From contig NC_092351.1 of assembly GCF_963676685.1 (NCBI RefSeq), positions 20,460,001-20,524,000 on the forward strand: 64,000 nucleotides of DNA. The letters run 5' to 3'. The notes beneath the pieces are model-generated. The model was not told the DNA's origin. It worked only from the letters and a program-made list of their open reading frames with translations, and did no database searches. The position numbers and the translations under genes were made by a program. This DNA comes from Mytilus edulis (lineage: Eukaryota). Shown here piece after piece: positions 13,089-39,800 of the stretch (the first letter of the stretch is position 1; every line of letters starts with the position of its first letter).

Positions 13089-13165
13089 ATGACGCAACTT
13101 CGTCTGAATCATGTGTTTAATCTTTTTCACACCAGACAAATGTCCACTGAAATCTCATGTAGAAG
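13089..13165 (+). other. Candidate first coding exon resembling a mitochondrial transit peptide (possibly displaced/inverted GATB exon 1)
   Basis: ATG...AGA AG|GTATTC encodes MTQLRLNHVFNLFHTRQMSTEISCR(R). It is Arg/Ser/Thr-rich with one acidic residue. It ends in phase 2, matching GATB exon 2, but lies on the opposite strand. Confidence 0.35.
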
Positions 13166-14809
13166 GTATTCATGTCAATTCAAAAAATTGTAAGGTTGAA
13201 GTAAACAAAATCATATAATGTTTAATCTCAGGTCAATGTCAGATGTAGACTTTATATCTTATTAGATTGCTTTTTTATATGCATGTTTTAAGCTGTGATT
13301 TATAGATACTATTCATTGCTTTTCAATTGAATGATCAATTACTTTATTTTATTATCCACACGACAAAGACCCCATGCATTGGAAATAAGTATTTTTGTTT
13401 TCATGGGCCTTGTTAGGGTTATGTGTTATCTATGTTAGTTATGGAATTGAGTATATTTATAATCACAACCGTTGCTATATTTTGAGGATTTATGAAGCTG
13501 TAAGTTTCTTTATCATAAGTTATTTTTTTGCATTTAGCTTTATCTGAATAACATGATTAAGCAGTATGATAATAATTGAATATGTAATCATGCATGGTAA
13601 ATATGATTAATACAGAGTTTTTCTTTATTGGTTTAGGTTTCTAGATTTCATACATAAACAATGTACCCAGTCGGAAGACTTTTAAATATATAAAAACATT
13701 ATTGAATAATCAAAACTTCATAACATTTATCGTTATTTGAATAGTGACATATAAATGCAGACAAAGTACCGTACAAAACGACAAAAAAATAAAGATATTT
13801 AAAATATACATCTCTAGATGATAAGAAAAATTACCCAAAGGAAAATCAGAACACCTATTATTGTAACCAAAATACAAAAAGAATAAAAACATCGACCAAT
13901 ACGAAATGCCTCCTTTATAAATAATATATACAATTAAGATATGTTTAGATTCAAGAGACAACTCTCCAACTGAGACGAACTGACAGAATTTACGAAAATA
14001 GGCTACCGTACGCCTTCACCAATAAGCAAAGCCCATATCGCATAGTCAGCTATAAAAGTGAATGGCACCAAAATTACTATATAATATAAACAATTCAAAC
14101 GAGAAAACAAACGGACTGATTTATGTACAAAACAATGAACAAAAAACATATATGATATACAGCAACAAACGACATCCACAGGCTGAATTACAGATTTTTA
14201 CATTTGAATTTTTTGACTTGGGATATATAGACACATACAGACAATTTGACAAATTGGAATGAATACGAAGCCAGACATAATATGGTCATTATCTTATCAT
14301 TAACTTAGTAAACATACTCAAAACCAAAGCCATGTCCTATTATGCATTTTTTTTATCCTCTTAAATTAAATCTGCTTAATTATCACAATTAAAAACACTC
14401 TATAAATGAGAAATTTTAGAGATATTAAAATACAACATCGATCTGATTCAACGTACATTGTTTACTTGGATATCAATCAATGATAACGTCTCAACGAGTA
14501 AGTCTCTTATACGTATGGATATAATAAATCACAATTTAAAAATATTATGAAATAAATCTTTTAATCCGGGAAATGTAAACTTAAAATAAATACGTATAGA
14601 TATATTTCACTAGGAAAAACATTTACTTCATAGTTCATAGTAGAGTCAAAAATCAAGCGAAAAGATGGCTTAAAGTAAAAAAGGGTACATTTATTTAGTT
14701 AGTATAAACAGTATTTCCATTGATTTTTCAGTTGAATGTTGTGTACGAAGTTTTTAGGTCACTGTTCAATCCTCAAATAAATTACATTGTTAATAATCAA
14801 CCATGTGAC

Positions 14810-14921
14810 TATTTAAAGCTCGTCCAATATTATTTTATTTTCGAAATAAATTTTAACCTTGTACGAGATAACTGCCTGTATTGATCGTAAACTGAGCGAT
14901 TTTCTCTGTTGAATTGTAAGT
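14810..14921 (+). promoter_or_regulatory. Putative TDO promoter and non-coding first exon
   Basis: TATA-like TATTTAAAG at ~14810, then a consensus donor GTAAGT at 14916. The TDO ATG exon has an AG acceptor at 16437-16438. Confidence 0.35.
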
Positions 14922-16441
14922 ATTTTTGTTTTTCAGTTGCATTTTTAACATTTCTACATATATTTAAGTTTTTAACTGAGTATCACTCGTGTTAGCATGC
15001 TTTCAAAAAACGATTAGCTGTAAACTTGTTTGTCATTTTGGACTCTGGGGACTTGTCCGATTGGCAATCATACCACATCTTCTGATTTTTATATTTATTT
15101 AAATCGTCATAAATAGGTTAAATTGTATAACATACAAAGCCAATTTATGTTATTCTTATAAATGCATAGGAACACGTGATTCATGTAAATACATTTGACA
15201 ATATCGACCATTTTACTCTGAGCCATTTTACGTTTGTGTTCTCCTAAACTTGTGTTTTCGAGCATATATCAGGAGCACGCGTCGCACACATTGAGCAATA
15301 TCCCTCAGTGTAGATAGAAGACGAATGGGTCGGTACCTCTTATACTTTTACTGTTATAATTAATTAGTCACGAAGATCATCAAAGACCAAGTAACACTGA
15401 AATGGTTGCTATTTTTGCATGGTTTTGATAAAACTTTTTCTTTAGAACTTTAGTTTATAAATGTATAAAGGTGACTGAGGAATAGCAATATGACACTTTC
15501 GTCTACTTCTGACCGGCAGTAAAACCCTTGCCAAAGTTGGGCGTCCTTATGTCTGTGCAGGATGTACAAGTACGCAGTCACGTACGGGCAGAATGTTGAC
15601 GTTAAAACAGATGCCTTGTATAAACGAGAGCACCACGCTCTCTGCACGTTAAAAACCCTTGCAACAACATTTTAAGGTGTCCATAGATTATCTGTTGCGA
15701 GAATTTTTTCTGTCATCCAATATACCCTCAGTTTCCACTGGAAACCAAAGTTTTCCCAACATACATCCCGAACGACCCCAAAAACATGTTTATTTATGTA
15801 TAACCAATGTTTATGGTCTTTGTAACAATCCTGTAATTTTGGATTTTAAACCAATAAAAATATCTTACTGGACGTTAAACAACCGACTTGTAACCAATCA
15901 ATATAAATGTATATGCACACAAAACTACGGTTCACAACTGTCTCAAGAATGTTTACCTTTGAATATTGGTTGTTTTGTTTGGGGCATGTTGAGATTGATG
16001 CTTTGACTGGGTACAAAAGAGGATGTACTTTTAAAATTAGATTTGTTGATCGCTTTTTTTTTTTTTTTTAATAAAAAGCTTATGATTTAAGAAATATTCT
16101 ACGAACACACACTACAGACATTAGGTTGTTTAAGTCATGAAATGTATACTAGTAGTATTTGTACACCACATTTTTCCTAAACACTGATTTTTCTTACGCT
16201 AGATAAATGACCCGGTTTGCTTACTGACAACACAATATGTCCAAAAGCATGTGGCCTTTGCTCTTAACTATAATTAATCACTCAGTATGTAGCGTATCCA
16301 AATACATGTTCCAAATAAAAGTTTATAATTATCATGTCACCATCCTTCAAACCTGTGACAGCCTTTTCACTGAATGACAATATAGTTCGTAACTTCATGT
16401 GAAAAAGCAGCAAACTATTTCACATTTGTTTTATAAAGAAA

Positions 16442-29359
<12,918 letters not shown>

Positions 29360-29777
29360 AAGACGTACTTTGAAAGTTATCTCTATGTTTTAAAGAGAAC
29401 ACACAGAAAGTTATATTTTTTTAAAAGAATAAACAATAATCCTGATTATACATAAATCATTAGTTCACTCATATTTCAAGCAGATTGTTATATGTTTAAT
29501 ATTTTATGTCAAGGAGACTTGAATGTTTTAGTCAATACGGTTTTGTAAAAAGCAGTTGAAATAAATGGTCATATATGTTCCATATATTGCATTAAAGTCG
29601 ATGATATATTTTTATTTTTTATTTTTTTTAAATACAAAAAAAATGATAGGATGAGCATATTGTTCAGCAATGAAATTATAAATTTTATCTGTTACATTAA
29701 AATGTTATGTAAAAATTATATTGTAACGGTAATAAAACGTTTCAAAAAGACGAATGTTGTGATATTTTGTAATCTAA

Positions 29778-30103
29778 GCCAAGATCAATAATATCCTTTA
29801 TGATATATTAATTTTCGTTACATGTGTACGTTACTGCCTTTTATAAAAGCAATTTTATATATAAAAGTAGTAACGGAGGATAACAGATAAGTTAGTAATG
29901 CTAGTACATGTCAGACAAAATTCTAAATATTTTGTAGGTCGATCTCATAAAATATTTTTTTTTTGTCTGACATGTACTAGCATTACTAACTTATCTGTTA
30001 TCATCCGTTACTACTTTTATATATTAAATTGCTTTTATAAAAGGCAGTAACGTACACATGTAACGAAAATTAATATATCATAAAGGATATTATTGATCTT
30101 GGC
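29778..30103. repeat. 326-bp near-perfect palindrome (foldback)
   Basis: Left arm GCCAAGATCAATAATATCC...GTCAGACAAAA is the reverse complement of right arm TTTTGTCTGAC...GGATATTATTGATCTTGGC. About 143-bp arms with very few mismatches and a short central spacer. Confidence 0.92.
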
Positions 30104-30744
30104 ATTTAACTTTAAAAAAGGGGGGTATGTTTTTTTTGTACGAGGCACACACCTTTATCGATCAAATATTTTTTTTCAAATTTTTACACAATAAGGTATG
30201 GTGAAATCTGGATTTAGAATATTTTTTTTCTGTCATCTGTTTGATCATAATGTTATTTCGTCCATCAAAATGGGGATCAGATTATTTTTTAAAGGAAAAA
30301 AACATAACTTCCTTGAAGTTTTTTGATCGTTCCTTCAGACTTTAGTCTCTAGAAAATAATAACTTAGACTTTGCTTTAATAATATTAAATGATATTTCCC
30401 CTCTAGATTAAACAATGATTAAATGGCAATAATACTGGAGACGAACAGATAAAAAACTGAAGCATATAATTTCCATTGAATTCTTAAAATAAAGCAACAA
30501 ATGCATTTCAGCATCAATAAAGAATGTTCAGTCTATAAATAAATACAAACGAAAATCAAATTATTCTTCGATCAACTATTTGTAACCCTCTAAAGTAAAC
30601 GAACAAACATAAATCAAAGCTGCCACATTGTTTCTCATTTATAATTTTGTAGTTAATGTGGTATCCTCAGTTTTGACACGTTTGTGAACTGGATTAGTTT
30701 CAGTTAAATCGGTTTATGACGGTATAAAAAAGTAAAGTAAAACA

Positions 30745-31050
30745 TAAATATCGAACTCCGAGGAAATTTCAATACGGAAAGTACGTAGTCCAATGTCAAA
30801 ATCAGAAGCTCAAGCACATCAAGCGAGTGGATAACTTTCATATTCCTGACTTGATAAAGGCATAGTAGAAAACGATGGTTTAAACCAAGTTTAATAGCTA
30901 GCTTAACCTCTCATTTGTATCACTGTCGCATAATTGCATTATATATTGACAAAGGTGTGTGAAAAAACCCAAACAAACATAATAGATTATAATGTCAAAA
31001 ATATGGGTACAGCAGTCAACATTGGTTTATAATCTAAATAGCAATAAAAA
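30745..31050. repeat. Representative copy of an abundant interspersed repeat (..GAACTCCGAGGAAAATTCAAACGGAAAGTCC..CAAAATCAAAAGCTCAAACACATC..)
   Basis: Homologous pieces at ~16720-16780, 28430-28570, 41225-42080, and inverted at ~34000-34270 and 52500-52815. Confidence 0.72.
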
Positions 31051-32669
31051 CAAACATATATATACCGTGGTTTTACACTAGTAATTTTGGGGCCCTTTAT
31101 AATAGCTTGTTGTTCGGTGTGAGCCAAGGCTCCGTGTTGAAGGCCGTACATTGACCTATAATGGTTTACTTTTATAAATTGTTATTTGAATGGAGACTTG
31201 TCTCATTGGCACTCATACCAGATCTTCCTATATCTATATAACAAACAAACACAAAAAGGCATATAACAGACAATGCACATTAGTAAAGATTTTAAGAATA
31301 CAAACAATATACTATAGCACTATAACACAATGACGTGATGTACACATACAGAGCCATGTCATATGACATATGTAACAAAGAAACACAAAAAGGCAGATAG
31401 ACAAAGTGCCTTAGCACAAAGGAAGAGACAAGATACAAGAAATTACCATAACACTATGATGGGATGTATAAGCACAGAGTCCCATCAAATGGATTATCAA
31501 CAAAAACAGACTAAACAGTAAACGTAATATAAAGATGAGTAAAATAATACCACAACACCTTATTAAGATGATAAAGACCATCAGTACCCATAATCTATAC
31601 TTCAAGACCATCGTGTAATGTTTGTGAAGTTTATACGGAATATTTATGAACAAGGTCTTGGTAACTTCCGATGAACTTTTTTTTTAGAAAAAGGTCGAGA
31701 CATTCTTTGACACACCCCTGGTTCATCAAGTTTTACTACTATGTTATACTGCTATTACCTTTAAATATTGATTATTTCAAGACGAGGACACATTGAATCT
31801 TTTAGTAGGTCATACCGTTGCTGTGCTAGCTGTATACAAACTCGGTAGATACCATTCTACCTAATCAAGAATAAATCAAAAAGCACTGAACAAGAACGAC
31901 ACAATCCATCTCATTCAACAATTTCATTTACAACACTTAAGACGACTGGTGGTACCATCGTATTTACTTCTGAGTTATCATCATTTTTCTGGTTATAGTT
32001 TGTTTTGGTCTTTCATCCCGGCGATATTATATTTTGGCGTTGTATAAGGACGTTGGATGTGATGTTTTTCTCACACTTTCTTGCCATGAGAACTCAGTAA
32101 ATGCGAAATTTTTTTTTGCTTTTTGAACACACTATACCCTTGTGAAGTTACGTATAGGACAAATTTACGAATATGTATGGTGACTTTACAATTTTGAGTG
32201 TTATTTGGGCTAAATATTGTATCTCCAATCTGACATATTTTCGCAGACTAATTTCTTCAGTTTATAGCTGTATAATACTATCTTGTGGGCAATGAAACCA
32301 CAATGGAATAGTGTGCATTTGTAATGATTGACTTCGTTTGTTTAAAAAAAATCTTTTAAAAATGTATCTTCAGTTTTATTAAAATCAATATCAGTTTGAC
32401 ATTTAAGCCAGAAGTTATAACTTATTGAAATATTTTTCAAATATGAGATTTTTTACTGTGCGTTTTTCAATATCAAATCATCAAACTCATATGATAAAAT
32501 TGATTTCTCGACATCTTATATCGATTAAAAAATTTATTTCTACTTGTTAAATGAATATTTTAATAGTTTGATACCTTTGACATTGTTATATCACAATTGG
32601 AATTCAAAGAAGACGGAGGTAAGAAAGTCGTAAAGCACTGAAAAGGTAAGACGTTTTTGGATAAGAGAT

Positions 32670-32935
32670 ACAATTGAGAATGGAAATAGGGAATGTGTCA
32701 AAGCGACAACAACCCGAACATAGAGCAGACAACAGCCGAAGGCCACAAAGGGTCTTCAATGTAGCAAGAAACTCCCGCACCCGGAGTCTTCCTTCAGCTG
32801 GCCCCTAAACAAATATGGATAACAGTTCAGTGATAATGGACGTAACTCCGAATTGTACACAAGAAACTAAAATTCAAAATCATACCAGACTAACAAAGGC
32901 CAGAGACTCCTGACTCGGGACAGGCGCAAAATTGT
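32670..32935. repeat. Representative copy of an interspersed repeat (AATTGAGAATGGAAATGGGGAATGTGTCAAAGAGACAACAACC..)
   Basis: Homologs at ~50100-50215, inverted at ~57100-57292, and a stub at ~61453. Confidence 0.7.
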
Positions 32936-33867
32936 TTTGTGATTCAAAATAGTATGTGATTTATTAATAGAAATATAAAGCAATTTAAAAAGAAGAGGGC
33001 ATAGGTGCTGGAATTTGGACAAGTAGAAATGAAATTTACAGCCACTTCATAAAATAAGACTTTATAACTGAAATCGTTTGATGAATACATTTGACAGGAA
33101 TGCTTTATATTATAACTCGAAGCTAATATACATGTCAGAGAATAGGAATACCCTTTGTCATCAAGCGTCACTCGTCCGTTTCACGCTGCCATTAGCGTTA
33201 AAGGGATTAAAGTTTTATCATCATTCGTCAATTGGTGGTACCCATTTCTTTCCTCATAATTGGCACCCATACCTTTAAATATGTTTTTACAATGATTAGT
33301 TTTGATACATACATTTCTGTTTTAATAGTGTAAAGTCGTAAAACGTTGATTTTTTGTAACGTTTTTCACAACCAACTAGTCAAACAGATTGGTTAAAACT
33401 CCAAAAACGAAGTCGTTGACCGTAGGATATTTTTTTATCATTTAAAACATAAATCCATGCATTCATAATATAAGTCCTTTTCAATTAAATCTATTGATTT
33501 CAAATTGGAGGTTTGATGATTTTGAGACAAATTTAAGAACGATTTTGCCGATCTCGTGTAAATTTTATACAAATATTATCTTCTTTTTGAAAAAATCAAT
33601 CATTAATATTTCAGAGAAAAACAAAATAAATGCATTATTTTTTTTTCGATATTTAGAGACAGTTCAACGAGACAAAGTTGTATACAAAGGCCCACCCTGC
33701 AAAATTTACCCAAAATCTATAACATAGACTATTTACTATTCCTTGACCGTTAACTTAAGTTTCAACTCCTCTATGAAAAGTCCATCTCATTTGTTTAGGT
33801 TTCACTTTGAAGCATGCTGAAGATGATTTTGATATGTAATAGACATTTATGTTCAAATCTTTTCAGA

Positions 33868-36800
33868 ATGTGTGAATCAGTAGCCATGATCAGCGTCGTG
33901 GTGATTTTACTATTGCAATGCGTTAGCGGCGCACAGAAAAGTGACCATTGTACAGTACCTACAAAAACTTACAACTCAAAAAGTAAAGTACCACTTACTT
34001 ACTTTTTTTCTTTGTTGACATATTTGTTTGTTCTTATATTAATTAAGATTATGACACAAGATTGACCCCTATACTCACATTTTTGACATTTGTATCTATT
34101 ATGTCTGTTTGTTTTGTTCATACATTGTTGATTACTATGGAATTTTATGCGACTGGCATACACATATGAGATTTGGCTGGCCATAAAATCAAATTTAATC
34201 CATCATTTTCTACAAAGGAAAATGCCTGTTCATAATCAAGAACAGTTGTTTTCAATTCCTTTGGAGTGTTTGTTATACATAATGCACATGTTAAGGTTTT
34301 TCTTTAAGTTTAATGTTTAATAATAATAAATTAAAAAGTAATTCATTTAGCTACTTGTTTTTTTGTAGTATACTCGGTACCAATATTTGATCCTGGTGAT
34401 GACTACCTTGATGTGATCCTCGAATTAAAGTACACAGATAATTCTGGGACGTCTGACGAACACATCATTATTAACATTCTGGTTTGCAATGAAGTAAAAC
34501 TCTTTCATTTTGAAAAGATATTTCTTGGCTCTAGTGACATCCATACAATACAACTTCCGATGAACCAGACATGGATTTTGAATGGATCAGAAACAGCGAA
34601 TAAATCATTATACATAATATGTTCGTCAGAATTTGCTACATATATAAACGTTACCACCAAGATATCATTTAATAATATGAGCATCCCAATTACTGCTAGT
34701 ATTTCTGAAACAACAAGGACGTATTCATATTTTGTTACAACTGTTTGTGATGTTCTAGGACTGTGTCAGATAGCAGTATCTTCAGCAGGCTTGTATGAGA
34801 CTGAAATCAGCATTGTTCTTAATATGAGTTTTGGTGGATGTTCACTGCATTTTAACAACAGAGTTTATACAACAGACGACATGTTTATAGTCACGTTATC
34901 AAGATACACTGCACTACAGCTACAGACAGATTGCGACATGAGTGGTACTGTCATTCACAGTGCTGAAGAACTGACTGTTATCAGTGGAGGTCTGAATACA
35001 ATAATGGGAGAAGGAAAACGACAAACGTTCATGGGTATTAATGCTCCTCTGACGAAACTGGGTAAAGAGTATGTTGTAATAGGTAGCAACTTTTCCTTGT
35101 TCTGGGACTTCATCAAGATCATGACGACAGAACCAGAAACTACGGTCAGGATACTTGGAAAAGACATCAAATTTGGAGAAGCACGTGACTCCATGAGAAA
35201 AAAACTCAGTCGAGAACACCAGTTACATATAAAAGCAGATAAAAAGATAGTTATCACTCAATTTTCATGGGACAATAATACAGAACCTATTTATTCTATC
35301 GTACCCCCTTTTAGGGAAACTTTAAGACCACCATGTTTACAGTCTACTATCTATATTTACAAAGTAGTTGATGACTTAATGCCGACCAATCCGCAATACA
35401 ACCAGAAAATAGCCGTGACAAGGATTCCAGGTACAGATACTGTAATGTTTACCACGACTGACAACAATATTGAACTGCAATGTACCAGCATTAGAAGCCA
35501 ACTCTTAAACAAAGAAATAGTTATTTATAATCTAGAGAGCACACGTTATGTTGACCTTGAGGTAGGTAAAAAAAGTAACATTTAAACATAATATGATAAA
35601 AAGAAACGTTCAGAAAATACACTAATGGTTAAGTGTTAAATAATGTTTCCCTTTTATCCATTTTGAGATTTTGTTTCAAAAATAGTTAAGACTTTAATCA
35701 TTAATATGAAGTCATAATGATAAATCGAAAGTAAAGCTTGTAGTTAAAATATCTATATTTTTTGAAAATATTGAAAGGCTATATTCTATAATTTTATGAA
35801 ATAAAATGAAAGTTTTGATTTACCAACACATATAAATCCTTAAAAGTGTTTGAAAGGTTTTTTTTAAGGAAACTACTGCAGCCTCTGGATATTCCTATCC
35901 ATCTGATGATGATATATCTAGCGAGAATATCCCTGACGATAATATCCCTGACGATAATCTGTACGGTAAGATATGATAGAATTTGTTCAAACTTAATTTA
36001 AGGCACAGTATTCCTAATAAGGCTGTAATTTGGACTTTATTGAAATTTTGATGTATTGAGAACTCTTTGAAATGCATCTGAATTTAGAAAAATGATAAAT
36101 GTAGCATTTATACATCTGTAAACAAATTCAATTAAGATTAAATATTTATTAAAAAACCCTATTAATGACTAGAATGTACAAAAAGGCGGAACACAATATA
36201 ACACAATTGCTATGTGGTTAGCTTTATGAAGTGAACAACTGGTCGTGAAGTGCTACTGTTTGTAACAATTACATCTGTTCAGTAAGAATAGAATTGATAA
36301 AAAAGTGAAATAATGACATATCAATACAACGTATTCAGTAAGACAAAACACGCATCAATAGAACTAACTGAAAACCATACGATGTATAAATGAGGAATAC
36401 ATTAATCATAACCACCTAGAAATGAATTATTTACAAGAAAAAGGCGAAAGTCATTCCGATTAACATAACTTTTCATTGAACGATTCCTTTTGAAATCTCT
36501 TATAGTAAGGTCTGAACATCCTATAAAAGAAACTACGATTATGCTAGTGTACGACAAAAATTTGTCTTAAGACGATTTACCAACCAGTGTTAAATATAAG
36601 TATAGGACAAGGACAAAGATATGAGTGACTTGAGGTTGAAAATTTTTTTTTTAAATTCTGTATCTGATTGTTGAGAAATTGTTTCAACATGTGAAAGTAT
36701 AAATAAATAGTTGTTGAAACAACAATCAAGCCGTGTTTCACTGGTCATGCCGTTGAAAATGTGAAATTATTTATAATCTAATATCTCATTAGCTAGTCAA

Positions 36801-39800
36801 TTTTTTCAACTTTGAGATTTACAATTAATTATTTATCTTTCTTACAGTCGTTTGAAATCAATACGTTATGAATGAAAAAAAAACACCATACAGATAGAAA
36901 TGATTGCCCAGGCGCATATCAACAACCTGATTAATTTAATCATATCTGATGGTGATCCATCAAAATTAAATTGAAACCCCTCCTGTGTGCCCGAAACATG
37001 TTTAACTGTGCCTTTTTTGAGTTTTGCATGTACAAAGTCTGTAATTCAGTGACTGTCTTTTTTTGCCGTACAATAGTTTCGTCTAGCATGTCTAGTGATT
37101 TATAAGTCAATCAGAGCGTATATTTTGTCGTTTGAGGTGTTTAACATGTTGTCATCTCTTGGCATTTTAAAGATTGAAATGTGGTGTCGGATTTGTTTAT
37201 TGTTGAATGTAGTGTTGCAAATGTATTTGTCATTTAGTGTCTGCAAGAGATACTATAACTGTCTCATTGAAAATAATGCCACATCTTTTGTTTATATTTT
37301 TACTAAAATTCTTTTAGGAAACCGACTTGATAATGGTGGAAGAGAATTCCTCGTAGCGGTACATCCACTTGACCGTGATAATACAGTTCAACCTCAAGTA
37401 TCCCTTGTTGCCATGGCAGACGATGGTTCAGAACTCACCAACATAAACATTGAAATACAAGTGATAACAAATGGAATGGTCGAGTCAATAATGAAAAAAG
37501 ATGTAAATTATCAATATACATATGTAGAGAGTTTTGCAATTGATAAACCATATAACCAAGTCTTACGTGTCACATCACCAATTGATATTAGTCTCCGTAC
37601 AAAGGTATACAGTGAAATACACAATGGTGTGTCCTCAGTTATGCTAAATTACCCAGTTAATGTGCTTGGTAATGAGTATATTGTGGGGTTATTTTGGCAT
37701 AACAACAGTTTGTCCACATGTTCAGTTGTCGCCATGCATGATAGTACAACGGTTGAAGTCATGTTACCAGACCTTGAACAACCAATCACAGTTAGTGTTG
37801 TGGGCAACGAAAAAAATGTTGTGTACACTAACAATATGAAAATAAGTAAAATGTTACTTAGATATACTTCATTGGTATTTACCTCCACTGATGACTTAAC
37901 TGGTACCATGATCAAAACAGATAAAGCCGTGGCTATATTCTGTGGCTACCACTCATTAATTGACAATATTGAAGAACCTTTCTCTACCATAGAACAGTTT
38001 CCTCCAATTAACACGTTTGGTTTTGATTTTAATATTAGGACCGACTTCACTTCATTAGACGATTTTGATACTGATGGCTTTGTTACATCATCCTTTAAGG
38101 TTATTGCCGTACAGCAGTGGACAGCAGTTACTATTATATCTACAAACAATACATCATTGACTGAATTTCTAAACTATCCAGGAAATTTCACAGAAGGTCA
38201 ACTGACAGAGAATGTGCAAATTGCATCATCGAAAGAGGTTTTGGTTTTACTAGAATTTGCCAGTAGAAGGGACAAAAGTTTGATTGTGGTAACGCCAAAA
38301 CAAAACACTAAAAAAAATTATTTTATTTCTGAATCAGATAATATTTTCACAGCTAATGAAGTGTTTGTCAGCGGAAACAAAAGCATAAAGTTTAATTTCA
38401 CAAATATGATAACTAATGTTGTTGAAAGTAAGCCGTATATAACGGATCCATTCAGTGTGTCGTTCGATGAACACGAGGCTGGATATATAATGCATGGAAA
38501 TGGAATTTTTGGGAGTGCTGCTGGTCTGTACTTGCAACCAAACAAGGTAAGAAGGGGAGTACATGCAGAATACAAAATTTACAAATACAAATTGAACAAA
38601 AGTATATAAACAAAATCATTTAAAAAAACCCAAAAAATAAGTCATTTTTCAAGCTGTATACATATTAACATCATCTAAACTAAAGACACTGGATTGTCAT
38701 TGTTGCTCTGAAAGAGTGCTGTTTATAATTTCGGGGGAACGTTTATGGATAACAGGATGCAAAGCATGTTAAAACGATGATTTTTTATTCTTGCTACTGT
38801 TAATACTAGAGAGGATATTTAGGGATCATAGAAACACTTACCCGCAGCATATGATAAGATGTAACCAATTGTATTTGCTAATTAAGAAGCGGAATAAAAT
38901 AATTTAAAACAACTTTGTAGTTTTATAGCTTAACTGATATAAAGAATTAGAAATTTATATTGTAAATTTTACCATGTCTCTGAAGTGACCAGTGGGTCAG
39001 ATTTGTATAACATTGCTATTTGATTAATTGTCTAAATTTTACAACACTTTTTCACGTGTAGAAAACCATGTGAGTGGATTCCTTACTTCTTGTTGGTCAA
39101 TGATCTAGCGGGGTCAGTACAAATTTACGTGCCATGTGTGCACTTCCTTTATCATTAACTTTCGTCTTGATAACTTGTGATTCTAAAACATTGCGTGAAA
39201 TTTAAATTTCCCACCCGAAAACCTCCCTTAACATACTGCACCAGATTGTTATTTTGTCTCTATCAATATTCGAATCAGATGCTCAACTTCCCATGTTATT
39301 ACAACCTTCCAAAACAAACCGCAAGTATTTTATTTTGAAAGGAATATTTCTTTGCTCAAACAACTTTGGAACGATATAAGGGAAAACTAATAAAATATTA
39401 TTAAGTAGTCCAAAACATTTAACTACTTCAAAATTGATTAAGATTTTGCTTTTAACAAACAAGCACCATAACTCTGTAAATGTTAAGTGAAACAGACGAA
39501 AATCGTAGTTAACCTATTCATGGTTTAAAATGTTCAAACAATGGAAATTTAACCAATGACGTTATTTTCATTTTGGTGTACAAATAATTAGATTACCCAT
39601 AGTCCTTTAGATTCTGAAAAGGCATATTTTCAATTGTGAAATTTCCGTTCCTCTGTAGCATCATTCCAGCAGCTGATGATTTGTCATAAAATCTGCACTT
39701 TTCTTTTCATTTAGATATGTTTGTATGGTTTAGAACCAGATAGGGACTGTGACGGTTTAGATAAGGAGGAGTTGTGTGCTCTATATTCTTATAACGACGG

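Noticed and set aside
37095-37317. Hydrophobic N-terminal part of the 504-aa ORF as the signal peptide of a separate gene
   Set aside because: It overlaps degenerate repeat sequence (..GTCTCATTG.AAAT.AT.CCACATCTT) and precedes a good acceptor at 37316-37317 that is phase-compatible with upstream exons. More likely intron read-through.
34920-38575. Minus-strand ORFs overlapping the two large exons
   Set aside because: Antisense shadows of the plus-strand coding exons with no recognisable motifs.
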